Shown here: positions 25,813 through 39,123 of the stretch, piece after piece
Numbering within the stretch: position 1 is the stretch's first letter
Layout of the letters: every line of letters begins with the position of its first letter
Assembly: GCA_030141605.1 (NCBI GenBank)
Contig: JAQGDQ010000290.1
Coordinates: 62,001-126,000, forward strand
Source of the DNA: Tubiluchus corallicola
Taxonomy: Eukaryota; Animalia; Priapulida
Length of the DNA: 64,000 nucleotides
Direction of reading: 5' to 3'
Program-made: the position numbers and the translations under genes
The notes under the pieces: model-generated
Told to the model about the DNA's origin: nothing
The model's database searches: none
The model's input: the letters and a program-made list of their open reading frames with translations, nothing else

Positions 25813-26545
25813 AGGACAAGAAAAGGGGCACCTGAAGAAATCAAAAAAATCGCCTTGAAAATTATACTACTTTACAGCAATTTTATGCACATATTGTATT
25901 CACGTTGAAAGGAATTTTCGTTTGTTTTCATTTCAACTCTCCCGCAATACTGTTCCGCCGGCGCCATTACATGACGTCACAACGCCACGTAAATCAGGGA
26001 AAGAAAAGGCAATGTTAAATTATGACCCAAAAAACTTTCCGCACAAAGCTATATTACTTAGCATTTCTACTTACCTGCTGGAAAGACCTATGTAACTAGA
26101 CTAATAAATTAAAATGTTTGTGGCAATTGGTAAAATGTCGCTGACTGACCTTCCAGGGTGCGCCAGTCACTAGCCAAAAACGTATTTTTAATCTTATTGA
26201 CAAGATGCAGTAATTTAAAATTTTACTTAATTAGCAACATGTATGCTACGAATGCTCTGATTATTTTTCAAACTTTACTTAATGTTATCAAAACTTGTTT
26301 CAAAGGACCTACCATTAAAATGCTTAACAGTCATCGCTCGAGTTTAAATTTACAAGTTTTATACAGCGTTACGGCAGATGCAAGCCATGCATACGAAAAC
26401 GTAGTATATAAGTGGTATAAAATTTCGAGACGAATTTTTAAGCTTTATGTAAGTGGAGAGTTTTCTTGTGCATTAAAGCTAGTTAAGAAGTATTCCATGC
26501 ATAGTAGCAACATAAACATCTGTAGCTTAATTGTAATGAATAACT
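25813..26545 (+). mobile_element. Kolobok-like element family B (left end clear, right end uncertain)
   Basis: TTAA-AGGACAAGAAAAG terminus; first ~165 bp match the inverted fragment at 51530-51693, which also ends at TTAA. Confidence 0.6.
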
Positions 26546-27081
26546 TTAAAGCCAAGTGAATCACTATTGTCATCGCCTCATTAACTACGTAACTGTCCAA
26601 TTGCATATGGTAGTATAAGAGTGTAGGCAGGAAGTAGATCCTTGGGAAAAATTTTCCAGTTCGCGTGCTATTACTGGCTTCACGTGGGAGATACACTCGT
26701 AATAAAGATCAGCAGAAAGCTTTCTGATACTTACTGAATGAATCTTTAACTACACTGGAACACTGAACAAGCATTTTACTACCGTTTTAAAACCACCTGA
26801 AGATGTGTGAAATTAGTATCTACTGGCTCGAAATGGTAGCCCACAGAAAGGCGTGCAGAGCAACTCAAAACCTGATTGGAACTACTCAGTTCTGGACATG
26901 AAACTATATAAATTAAACAGAATGAAGAAACAGCCTCGTTCAGGTAGTCCAGCGTAACATAGTACTAGAACTAGACTAGACTATATAGACTAGAACTTCT
27001 ATATTAATGTAAAGACAAGTATGGACTCATATTTTTGTCTTTATCATTGAACCACATTTCCTTATTATAGGAAGGAGTTTA

Positions 27082-27261
27082 CAATTCCCCACGCAATTTA
27101 AATGCCCTAACCCTAACTTAACCCTAACCCAATCTTAACCCTAACCATGACCCTAACTATAATCCAAACCCTAGCCCTAGTCCTAACCCCAACCCCAACT
27201 CTAACAATAACCGTAACCCTAATATGCTTCTCGAACTAATTTTTTGTGTGTGAGGAATTGC
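27082..27261. repeat. Degenerate (TAACCC)n tract bracketed by a short inverted repeat
   Basis: CAATTCCCCACGCAA ... GTGTGTGAGGAATTG flank ~115 bp of telomere-like hexamers. Confidence 0.7.
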
Positions 27262-27280
27262 AGACTTTAGTCCTATAACA

Positions 27281-27556
27281 CATAGGCGTACTGACCGATT
27301 TTTCCAGGGGGGAGGGAGCTGAGCCACTTTTGCACGAAAAATGCAGGGTCAAGTTCGAGTCGGAAATAGCCTCACCTCACCCCATGATCAAAAAATGCCC
27401 AGATTTCGGACACTTCATTTGGCGGCGTGGAGGAATTTCGAGATTTCCTTTTACGACAAATATTATTTTATATTTTTCATCATTTGGCCTGTGCAGGAAA
27501 AATTTGGTGATTTGCTGCAGCGCCCCCCCCCCCAGCTCCCACGTCGTACACCTATA
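27281..27556. mobile_element. hAT-like MITE (CATAGGCGTA-type termini)
   Basis: Imperfect TIR CATAGGCGTAC/GTACACCTATA with G-run and C-run subtermini; TSD degenerate. Confidence 0.5.
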
Positions 27557-27664
27557 CTACTATATGTATGCATGCCGCCAGCTGTTATTCAAATGTTTAC
27601 AGAACTATAAGATTAAATTCTTAGATAATTTTAAATTTACATTGTTATTCAAAAGTGAATTTAC

Positions 27665-27892
27665 CTGTCCATTTTCGTCAAGAAGGCGCGTGACGATATT
27701 GATGCCCACTCCCCAAGTTACGGCTTGCACACACTCCAACTCTTCGGGTGGGTGGTGACGCCCACCAGCTTCTTTTGCCCAGATTTTGCACTGTTTTCCG
27801 CAGCGCAATATGTAGTCACCCGGCATCGTAAACACCACTCGACGATTTCGAGAAAGGTACCGCTCTACTTTCCACTCGCCCATGAATTCATC
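27665..27892 (-). CDS. IF protein, LTD exon (DEFMGEWKVER...KIWAKEAGGRHHPPEEL...TWGVGINIVTRLLDENGQ)
   Basis: Acceptor ttgtttgtag, donor gtaaat; 228 nt, phase 0-0; clear LTD motifs GEWK, F/YTxP, KIWA, PP, WGVG as in nematode-type cytoplasmic IFs. Confidence 0.92.
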
Positions 27893-28526
27893 CTACAAAC
27901 AATGATATAAACATGTTAGTAGGGCACCACACTTTTTCCACTCACCCATAAATTATTCTACAGCTAGTATTAATAATGAGTAAGATAGCTCATTGTTTTA
28001 CACTCACCCATATGCTCATCATACAGACAATGGTAATAGATATATTAGTGAAGCATGCTATTTTGCTCTCGTCTTTAAATTGATCCAACTGGCAACAACA
28101 ATAGTAAGCGGTTACCACGCTATTTTCTACTCACCAATCATTTCATCGTAAAGAAAACAGCAGTAGGAATGTTAGAGGGGCACCATACTTTTTTCCCACC
28201 TACCACTGTTTGAAAATTTACCACATAGCCAAATTACAATAGACATTGTTAACATAGACATGTTTGTCCTTCCAATTTGTTACTATTAAGCTTAACGTAA
28301 ATTATGTCTGACGGCTTACGGTGGGGAGTTTGCGGTAGGCGGCAGACGGCAAGCGGATTACGTGTGGACAAGGATCATTGGTCAGAACATATTCATTTTT
28401 ATGAGGCGGCTTTTTCTGCTCGCGGCTTATACGGATTATGCCCAGCTGTATGTGACACCAGCCTTCGGTGAAAAGTGACATCAAGCGGTGCAAAAAAGTA
28501 GTAGTCTAGTCTGAAATCACCCTGAA

Positions 28527-28850
28527 TCATGCGTGAGCACAGAGGTAAATTTTAAATTTGAATTTTTATCTTAAAACTTGCCTAGTTTTAGTACAACACA
28601 CTGAATATCGTACAGTAGCACTGTACTTCAATTTTCTTTTTTGCAAACACGAGCAACACGCTCATGGAATATTTTTGCTGTTGAAAATTATGTTAGTTTG
28701 TGATGTCATCAATAGTTGACCTCGCCCGCCGTTAATTAAGTTTTTAATCTATTACTTAATTATCAGAAACGCTTTTGCAGTATTAATTGTGTTAAAATAT
28801 ACACTTTTTGTCCGACTTGGATAGTATAAGAAAAATCATCCTGTCTTCCT
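28527..28850 (+). mobile_element. Kolobok-like family A, 3' half
   Basis: Matches 15434-15753 and ends CTGTCTTCCT-TTAA. Confidence 0.75.
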
Positions 28851-29163
28851 TTAAGCTCACATGAGCTTTTGTAAATTGTAAGGCTGAGGTCCAGGCTAAA
28901 CATTGGACTGATGTAGGTGTGGACCCACCAGGTCTTGCAGGTCGAATGTCTGAGTGAATCAGTAAAGGTTCGTAGGATCTCATTGGATATTTCATTTGTT
29001 ATTGTATTAGATGGGAGTTCTATGGCGTCACTTTGGAACAGGTGGCCCGCAGTACTTGTTTTCCGATAAGCCTACCGGACCCTCTGCATATAGGAACAAA
29101 ATTTTTACAGTACAATGGTAAATTTTTTTCCTGAGATAGGGAAAGAAAAATCATGAGAAATAA

Positions 29164-29802
29164 AGGAAAACTACACTCAATCTCAAATTATAGCTCAAAA
29201 CAATCTATTCTATAAATTATATTTTTTGAGCTACAGTCCGAAAGGGAATGTACTATTTTTTATTATTTTTCTAAAGAATGACTTACGTGAAAGAATGATT
29301 ACTACAAAAACGTAATTTCGCGTTCGTGCGGCGGCTAGTTCGTTGCTGTTTCATGCATTTTGTCATTCGTCGGACACTAGCGCCTGCATCTATGCATCGC
29401 ATTGCACAAAAAACAGCTGCTGTACCTCTCAATTTGGAAGTATTTGGGTGTGACGTAGGACATACGTTCGTAAGCTCATGCGTGAGCACTAGAAACTTGA
29501 AATTTGAATTATGAACTTAAAATTTGAGGAGGTTTTGCGTGTATCGCGCTGAACGTTTTAAAGTAGTACTGTACTTCAATTTTCGCTTTCTCAAACACGT
29601 GTAAGACTCTCACGGACTGTTTGTGCTGTTGAAAATTAAGTTCAGTTGTGATATTATCATTAATTGGGCTCGACTGATATTAATTAAGTTTTTAACTTAT
29701 TGTTTAATTAACAAAAATGCTTTGGCATTATTATAGATATTAAAATGCATACTTTTTACCATACTTCATGGTATAGTATATAAAATCTCATTCTGTTTTC
29801 GT
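29164..29802 (+). mobile_element. Kolobok-like family A, diverged full-length copy
   Basis: Colinear with 15144-15753 along its length; ends at TTAA. Confidence 0.7.
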
Positions 29803-30338
29803 TTAAGCTTGCTTTTGTTGCAATCTCTTCGACTTTCCCCCCAACCACTCAATGCACGTATCACATATCGCAAACCGAAGGTCTAATGATGACAACAGGA
29901 CAGATTCAATGAACTTCCTTTCAAATAAACGCGCTGCAGCGCCGAGCGCTGATTTGAAAAATGGAGGCAAGGCAATAATACCATTTCATTTTACAGTAAT
30001 TAACTGTGCACGTTTTCGCGATGGGTGTATGTTTCAAGGCACTTATTAACTCTCGGTACTCCTGAGAGTTGTTGCCTTCTGCATTATATAATACTGAGAC
30101 TGATTAAGACTTCCAATGAGCAAGCGCACGTTAATTCATATTCTCTTAGCGGCAGCTGAATGCACTTTGCTAAAACTAATCGTGTGTAACTTGTTCAGAA
30201 TGTTTGTTACCTCTTTGTCTCTCTCTTTCTTTCTCTCTCTCTCTCTCTCTCTCTCCGTCCCTCCCCCTCTTTCTCTCTCTCTCCTTCGCCCCTTCTCTCT
30301 CTTTTCTCTTTCTCACTCCCGCTCTTGCTCTTGCTCTT

Positions 30339-30402
<64 letters not shown>

Positions 30403-30622
30403 TCTCTCTGTCCCTCCCTCATTCGTTCCCCCCTCGTTCTCTCTGTCACTCACTCGCCCTCTTCTCTCTCTTTCTCACTCCCACTCTCGCTCTCGCTGTT
30501 GCGCGCGCTCTCTCTCTCCCTTCCTCGTTCCCTCCCCCTCTTTCTCTCTCTCTCTCTCCCTCGCCCCCTTCTTTCTCTTTCTCGCTCTCGCTCTGTCTTT
30601 CTGTCTCTCTCTCTGTCTCTGC

Positions 30623-31284
<662 letters not shown>

Positions 31285-31417
31285 TCTCTCTCTCTTTCTC
31301 TCTTTCTCCTTCCATTTTTTCTCATACACGTGCTCTCTCTTTCGTCCATGCTCTCACACGCTCTTTATATCTTTCCTCGCCTGCTCTCTCTCCGTCTTTC
31401 TCTCTTTCTTTCCGTAT

Positions 31418-31506
<89 letters not shown>

Positions 31507-31519
31507 TCGCCCTCTCTTC

Positions 31520-31910
31520 AATCACAGTGCCAGGGACATTTCTGTGGCGCACAAATTAGTGTACTTTGATGTTATTTACAAGAAAGGCATTTACAGACTG
31601 AATACTAGAATTTCAAACAGTGAAAACTTGTTATGTAGAACGATATCCGGTAGTGATACTTTGTTTACTTCCAGTGTAAGAAAGATTTGGAGAAGGACAT
31701 TGTATGCTTAATTTTTTACATTTTTGATATACATTGATATAATGATTGAAGCCAATGCGAAATGTTATTATTATTTTTTTTGTAATGTTGTTTTGTTTGT
31801 ATGCTCGTGTGTTTATTTACTTGTACTTTCGTTGTATACATTATTAATGTTGTGCTAATACGATATGAACGAAAGTTTGAAATAAAGAAGTAAATCAAAT
31901 CAAATTAAAT
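31520..31910 (+). mobile_element. RTE-X-like LINE 3' fragment with (AAATC)n tail
   Basis: SARDISV...RISNSENLL...SSVRKIWRRTLY* resembles RTE-X ORF2 ends; AATAAA then AAATC repeats. Confidence 0.6.
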
Positions 31911-32070
31911 CTCCTTCTTTCCGTATTTCTCTCTCACTCTCTCCCTCCCCCTCCATTACGTTGTCTCTTCCACTTTCTCTCTCTTTATCCCTCCATTTTT
32001 TTCTCACACACTCGTTCACTCTCTTGTCCCTGCTCTCACACGCTCTCTCTCTGTGTCTTTCTCTCTCTGC

Positions 32071-32162
<92 letters not shown>

Positions 32163-32163
32163 A

Positions 32164-32220
<57 letters not shown>

Positions 32221-32303
32221 CCATTTCTTTCTCTCTCTGTCACTCCGTCTCTCATTACCTGTCTTTTCTTTTCAGTTATTAATTCTTCAATTTACTTTAA
32301 TAC

Positions 32304-32485
32304 CTTTCTTAGTTTGAAGCTTGCATTCTCGAGAATCACATATTTTCCGTTGACATCCACTTCTCTTACGGAGACAGGCCCTCGGTTTGTCCGTATCACC
32401 TGGGTCTTAAATTTTGCACCAAAATCTTCCCATTCCAGCTTTAAAGCTGTCTCCCTACGTCTTGCTAAAGGTCTAGGCACAGAAC
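32304..32485 (-). CDS. IF protein, exon encoding the start of the LTD (...KFKTQVIRTNRGPVSVREVDVNGKYVILENASFKLRK)
   Basis: Acceptor cttttgcaacag, donor gtatta; 182 nt, phase 1-0; matches the LTD opening motif KTTYQRSAKGPVSISECSPDGKFIVLEN. Confidence 0.9.
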
Positions 32486-34669
32486 CTGTTGCAAAAGCAA
32501 CCCAGTAATAGTCAAGTTACAAGTAAAATGAAAGTTAAGGTATGCTTCCAGAAAAATCAATAGTTGAAATTTTCTACATGAAGAAATTTTGCGTTTTCTA
32601 TTCAAATAGTAATTATCAAATAAAATTTGCTTTAACAGGACAAACAAACAAACATTTAAGGTATAGAAATGTGAAGATAGACAACTAATATCCAATCAAA
32701 TATTAAACTCGTTATGTGACGATTCAGCGTGTTTTAAAATCCATTTTCTGGACAGCATATGTAATAAAAAGTTTTAAAACAATATGCTTTTGTAGGCGTT
32801 ACATAAGTTTAAATCTTACGTAGGAACGTAACGAGCTCAGAACTCTATTATTTTCGTGCACAATGTCTATTATTGTAGTTCTACATTACGTACATTTTCT
32901 AATACTATGGATACATTTGATTCATATTATTAGAAAATGGCTTACTATTAGAACGCTACTAGCCTAATTAGCTGGTTGTCACTTTGGCTTTTACAGAACA
33001 TGTGCCAGAATTGCATTTAGTTGAATGCTGAACAAAAAAGTGTCACACTGAATTTGCAAGCATTAAAGTGCCGCTTTGGACTAACACAAAAATTACTATT
33101 AAAGCCACCAGTAATTTGACAGCACGTATGCCAGCTACGTCATCAAAAGATGTCTTTTTTATGCAGCCTAACCGCATGAACTAGCATCCACCATTGATCG
33201 TCAGGACCTTATCTTGACGATTATGGTAAGACAGGAATCTACTCACCACTTGGGCAATCTTCTAGTATAAGATAGTGAAGCGGTAGAAGCGTTTTAATCA
33301 TGTTCGAATGTGAATATAACTTCCCTTAATGAGATAAATAGATGAAGTCAGTATGACGGTTAAAACTCCTTGAAAGAAATTTTCGAGCAGTCACCAATCA
33401 GTTTACTAAACAAGCCTAGTGTAGCTTAACTATGGTCGTTAACCACAAGCGTGACGAATCAATTTTTCCCCTTTCCCCTTTACCCCATAGCATGTGGTTA
33501 TGGCATAATCGTGCTAACGTCATTTCCGGTATGGCTTACTAGTGATTCTAAAAAAACTAACCTACGATCTTCTTAATAATACCAAGCTTAAAACTGTCAT
33601 TTCTGTCGACCATGTAGGTGTTCCCCACAACATTTTCCGTGATGGTAATGTGTTGTTGTGTTTTCTTCATCCTACAATTATAAAAATGTAAAAAAAATCT
33701 GTTACTATTACTAGTCAGAAAAGACTTATTCAAAGGCAGTCTACTCTCAGTTCAATAATTATAATGCCTTAGCACACATGTTCATAACAATCAACTGCGT
33801 TTGGCATAAAGGTGCATCAGTAAATATTATTTCAATAAGAACTTTGGAGATGGCGATACTGATCGCTTCGTAAATGGTGTAGATACTCTGTTATGATGCG
33901 CTGTGCAAAGCACAAAATACAAATCTTTCGAACGAACGCATCAAGTATTGTGCTAATTAGTATAAATAAATTAAAAATTAAAGGCGTAAAATTGTTAAAT
34001 TGTAAATTAAAAATCCTCAGTTTATTCAAATTCTGTTTTTAAGGTATAAAATTTTTCCAATTACACACATACTGATTTGTATTACTAGTTTCATGCACGT
34101 TAACTGGTGGTTTCTCTCTGTAATCCACGTTTTATAATTGTCTCATATAACAGATAAAGATTCATAAAATAAGTTGGCGCACATAAAGACTGTATTGGGC
34201 TTAATCAAAGTTTCAATTTTAAACCATGCATGTCAGTGAGAAATGTGAAAACTCTTTACTGATTACATATTTCTAATCAATTAGTCTAATTTATTAATTA
34301 AGAGAGTATAAGCTAGCGATTACTAATGGCTATCCTTTCGCTCTTGTGTGTAATTATAATTAGTTATATAATTATCCTTTTGATCAGTAATTTCAACGCT
34401 AATGCAATCTCATCTAATAGGAATTCACTTAGTCATCAATAAGCAACATTGCTATAAGTGTTGCTATCAGTTGCAATAAGTATTAAGTATCAAGTGGTCA
34501 GTCTGACTCTTGACCTACTGGTTGCAATAAATAGTCTTGCATAATCAGGCCACCCGTAAAATGGCCAAATAATTAACTTATTGGAATTACGCATTAGAAA
34601 TTCTTGGAACAGGTGACTTACATGGCAAACAAAAGAAACGAGAGAAAACACATGCATGGGGACATCATT

Positions 34670-35185
34670 AAGTTTAGTTTAGTTTATTATTATCACATTC
34701 GGTACAATATAATGACATTAAGCACACAGTGACATCAAAATTATTACGTCATGCTGTATTAAATTGTTATGTTTCATATACTATTGTTATCATAAAAGAA
34801 TAATTGTACTGTAGTGGGCTAGAGAAGCAAAAGCTTGTATAAGCCCACTGTCATGTGAACCCGATAAAAAAAGAATGGATGAGTGAACAAAAAAAGAACT
34901 GGGAGAAAGGTTAGATCACACAGGAAGGGTAGAAGGATGTGTTAGTGGAAATGGTAGGAAGAAAGATAATAGATTGTGCTATGTTGACATCAGCTCTAAA
35001 GATTTATCAATGATGCCTTGTTTTGCATAATCTGTACCAGGATTGTGGTATGACTGCTGCAGTAGGTGTAGGATATTACGAAGTGTTGTACTTGTTGAGA
35101 ATCATTGCTCTGCATTTCTTTTTAAATTTTTGAATTGGCTGAACAGTTTTTAATTCATCGTTAATGTCATTCAAATGATCTTTCT
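34670..35185 (-). mobile_element. Crack/L2-like LINE 3' end
   Basis: Minus-strand NDINDELKTVQPIQKFKKKCRAMIL; 3' UTR stem-loop GGGCT...AGCCC; (AAACT)n tail. Confidence 0.65.
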
Positions 35186-35751
35186 TCTCAGAAATGTAAA
35201 ATTACCTGGCCGGCTGACTGGGGAACGTCAAAATCTGGAAGTAATTCATTAACTTTTAAGCTTAGAATAGGTAATAACATAATGTATATGAAATTCTTGC
35301 TTAAGGGCACATCACTTTAATTAAATGAAACGATATAAAAATATCTCTAACGAAATATGTGCAACCGGACCAGATAGTTGTGAACATGATGACGCTAGTG
35401 AGATGGATGCACCAGTGAAAACGGAATTAGGGATTGAAAAATTTCCTGATGAAAAACATGAGGGAAAATTTAGTCGATTAGAGTCGAGTCGAGTCGAGTA
35501 GTCGAGTAGCAGAAATACGATCGCTCCAGAAGACCCGAGACGTATCTGAAGATTAGTAGACTCACTAAATTTGTGTAGTATAAGCTTAACGTTGTATTTT
35601 ACTATAATATTATACAAAAATATTCAATCTTGGAGTACGGTTGGAACCGTGGAGAAAGGGGTTGACCGTTGAGGAAGGGGTGCTAAAAATATTTCTGTCT
35701 ACTGCTTCAGCCTACTAAGAGGCGGCCCTGTAAATTACATTAAAGTCTTAC

Positions 35752-35978
35752 CATTCATCCTCTTCAAATTTCTTCATCTTGTTTCTATACCAATCAGCTT
35801 CCCGTTGTAGTCTGTCTATCACTGCTCTCATATCATGTTTCTCAGTTTCTGTTTTCTTAATGGCAACTCTGTTGTTTTCTACATGGCTTCTGTGCTCGTC
35901 CAAGTCAAAATGATCCGGCGTGTGACGAGATTTTAGCCATCGTTCTAAATCTTCTATCCTCTCTTTTAATTTTCTATT
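35752..35978 (-). CDS. IF protein, coil-2B exon ([12 protein letters not shown]...[19 protein letters not shown])
   Basis: Acceptor ccttcctcattttag, donor gtaaga; 227 nt, phase 0-2; heptad pattern; degenerate rod-end signature followed by the phase-2 intron typical of IF genes. Confidence 0.85.
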
Positions 35979-36167
35979 CTAAAATGAGGAAGGAAAAAAT
36001 GAAATAAAATGTTTTTAACTTGTAGGTAACTTTTGCGTAATTTTGTGTAGGCTAGATGGCTGGTCAGGTGGAGAGATGAGTAAACAGGCGAGAATGGAAA
36101 TGTAGACAGGTGTTGAATGGGAAGATTAGTAGGCAGGGGCCAGCTTAGGTAGAAGATGGATAAGGAG

Positions 36168-36520
36168 TTAGGTACGTAGGTAGGTAGGTAGGTAGGTAGG
36201 TAGGTAGGTAGGTAGGTAGGTAGGTAGGTAGGTAGGTAGGTAGGTAGGTAGGCAGGTAGGTAGGTAGGTAGGTAGGTAGGTAGGTAGGTTGGTAGGTAGG
36301 TAGGTAGGTTGGTTGGTAGGTAGGTAGGTTGGTAGGTAGGTAGGTTGGTTGGTAGGTAGGTAGGTAGGTAGGTAGGTAGGTAGGTAGGTAGGTTGGTAGG
36401 TAGGTAGGTAGGTTGGTAGGTAGGTAGGTTGGTAGGTAGGTAGGTAGGTAGGTTGGTTGGTAGGTAGGTAGGTTGGTAGGTAGGTTGGTTGGTAGGTAGG
36501 TAGGTAGGTAAGTAGGTTGA
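36168..36520. repeat. (TAGG)n/(TTGG) tetranucleotide microsatellite with decayed flanks
   Basis: Directly visible. Confidence 0.95.
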
Positions 36521-36892
36521 ACTGTAGGTCGATCGGTCTGTCAGTCAGTACAATAATAAGTTGGTAGGTAGTACGTAGAAGGTGGAAGAGTAGGTTTCTA
36601 GAGAGGTGGGTAGTTACGTTTGATAAGCTGGTGGAAGGTATGTAGGTAAGTAAGTAGATAAGAAGAAAGTCGTAGATAGATTAATAGGTTAGTAAATAAG
36701 TCGGTAGGTAGATAGGTCCGGCAGGTAAGTAGGTTGGTCGGTAGTTCGGCAAGTAGTTCAACTACTGGATAGCAGGTACTAGCTACTAGTAAATAGGTGA
36801 GTAATCAGTCGATAAGTCGACAGGTAGGTGTGTGTACGCAGGCAGACAGACGTGTAAACAGGCAAGAGGAAACAGACAGACCGCAGAATGAC

Positions 36893-37125
36893 AGACAGTC
36901 AGGCAGCGAGGTAAATAGACAGACAGAAGGCGAACAGATAGGTGAAACTGTATGGTAGTGGTGGCTATTCAGATAGAGGAATTGTGAAGCAGACGAGCAG
37001 CCAGACAGTCAGGCAGCAAGGTAAATAGAGAGACAGAAGGCGAACAGATAGGTGAAAATGTATGGTAGTGGAGGTAATTCAGGCAGAGGAATTGCGAAGC
37101 AGACGAGCAGCCAGACAGTCAGGTA
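36893..37125. repeat. 110-bp tandem duplication
   Basis: AGACAGTCAGGCAGC...GCAGACGAGCAGCC repeated at 36893 and 37003. Confidence 0.85.
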
Positions 37126-37254
37126 GGCATATAATCAGATATTTGAGTGTACTCTTCTGCTTGTGTAGTATGAGAACACGAGAATCTCTTACACTAAGCA
37201 AGATTTTATGTAGCTCTGTTGAGCGTTCCACCATAACTAAATCATCGTTCGTGT

Positions 37255-37547
<293 letters not shown>

Positions 37548-37641
37548 GGAAAATACGCAGCTCAGTTCAGTTGTTATCAGATACGGTGGAGCATACCTAT
37601 ATAAACTAGCAAGATAAATTTAATAAAGATGAAATGCTTAC

Positions 37642-37743
37642 TATTTCTTTTAACACCTTCACTTCTTCATTTCTAAGTTTCATCTGTCTGTTTACACCAA
37701 CAAGATCTTCTCCCATAGAATGTACTTCCACGACGTCACTAAT
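37642..37743 (-). CDS. IF protein, coil-2 exon (ISDVVEVHSMGEDLVGVNRQMKLRNEEVKVLKEI)
   Basis: Acceptor ttttttgtacatag, donor gtaagc; 102 nt, phase 0-0, in frame with both neighbours. Confidence 0.8.
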
Positions 37744-39123
37744 CTATGTACAAAAAATATTATTAGAATATTAGCATTTTATTAATAGTTCTAATAAGTG
37801 AATTTACATTTTGTAACACCACGTGTGCGTGGCGCTGCACAGACTTGTTTCAAGATTGCCACTTTTTCTGCTCACTGAAACAACAGAACGGAAGTAGTGA
37901 GAGAATACAGCGTTTCAACATTTTTTCCCTGCCGATCCTGTAAAAAATTCGCAGAATTGGCAGTATTAACTTGAAAGCTTAAGTCAAGCTCCTAGTCAGT
38001 CTTCTTTCAGTAATTAAAATAACGGGTGACAATGTGACGGTTATTTAGCTTTGAACTTCTATGAACTAAGAATTTTATTTCACACATCAAAAAATACAAT
38101 ATCAAACACATTAATAAACTTTAAATAAAATAATTTGAGTAGTGCGAGGTGAGTGTACGACCATACGGTCATTAACACACTCACCTTACTTAAATGAAAA
38201 AATGATTATAGTTATGCATGCGTCTGTAGATAACTTAATGTAAATAAGGATGAAGTAAGTGATGTAATAATAGCAATGGTATAAGAGCAATAAACCTGAA
38301 AGTTGAGAAAGGAAAACATAATATGTAATTACGACTTTGAGTGAGCCTTAAAGAGTGAAAACTATTTTTTAAATAGTTACGAATTTGAATTATGTGATTA
38401 TCTGTCAATGCACCACTTACTTGTATTACAATGCACCATGTTACTTACTTGTATATACAATGATAAATTCGGGTACACAAGTAGTGGGGTAGAAGAGATT
38501 AAATTATATATTATACTTGTAGTAATAACTATAATTGTGTAGAACATTTAAATATAATTGATGGTAGTAATGTAGCCATCATAACCATTAAAGATGGGCT
38601 ATCGGGAGGGGGGAGGCAAATTATAAGAATATAAGTGATTCATTAGCAAAATTAAAGCTACAATAATACATTCAAAATTTTTTGTGATATTTACTGGTTA
38701 TCAGCTGACGCATTTAGAACATTCTTTAAATGCAGGTTTAACTGACCAAACTCTTCTCATATATCAAACATTTCAGTATAATAATTTTGGAACATGTAGC
38801 CTACTCCAAAATGTGTGGTACTTTACTTTAATCTAATTACTTGAACCGCAGAAATAACTGCTAATAGAGAGTTGGACACTTAACAATTAAGCAATTAGGC
38901 TGTCGATTTTGTCCCAGCTGTCTCGGTCATGACTCGTGCACACTTGAGTCCTACATGTTTGTACTTCTGGCATAAGCTTGGAAGGTCTCCGACATTCAGT
39001 TCGAGGACAAATGCGAATTTCAAGACGCTAAAAGTTTCCCTTTCTAGTGTTTAAGCTAAAATTGTTTGACTTAACGCATTTGCATTACATTTAGGCACAC
39101 AATGCAATCACGGTGATTGAAAT

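Noticed and set aside
26790-26860. Penelope-type hammerhead ribozyme (CTGAAGA...GAAA)
   Set aside because: Core-like words are present but I could not form stems I-III or place a cleavage triplet.
35728-35751. 24-nt GTAAG...TTTACAG mini-intron after the rod exon
   Set aside because: Too short for typical animal splicing and gives a stop four codons later.
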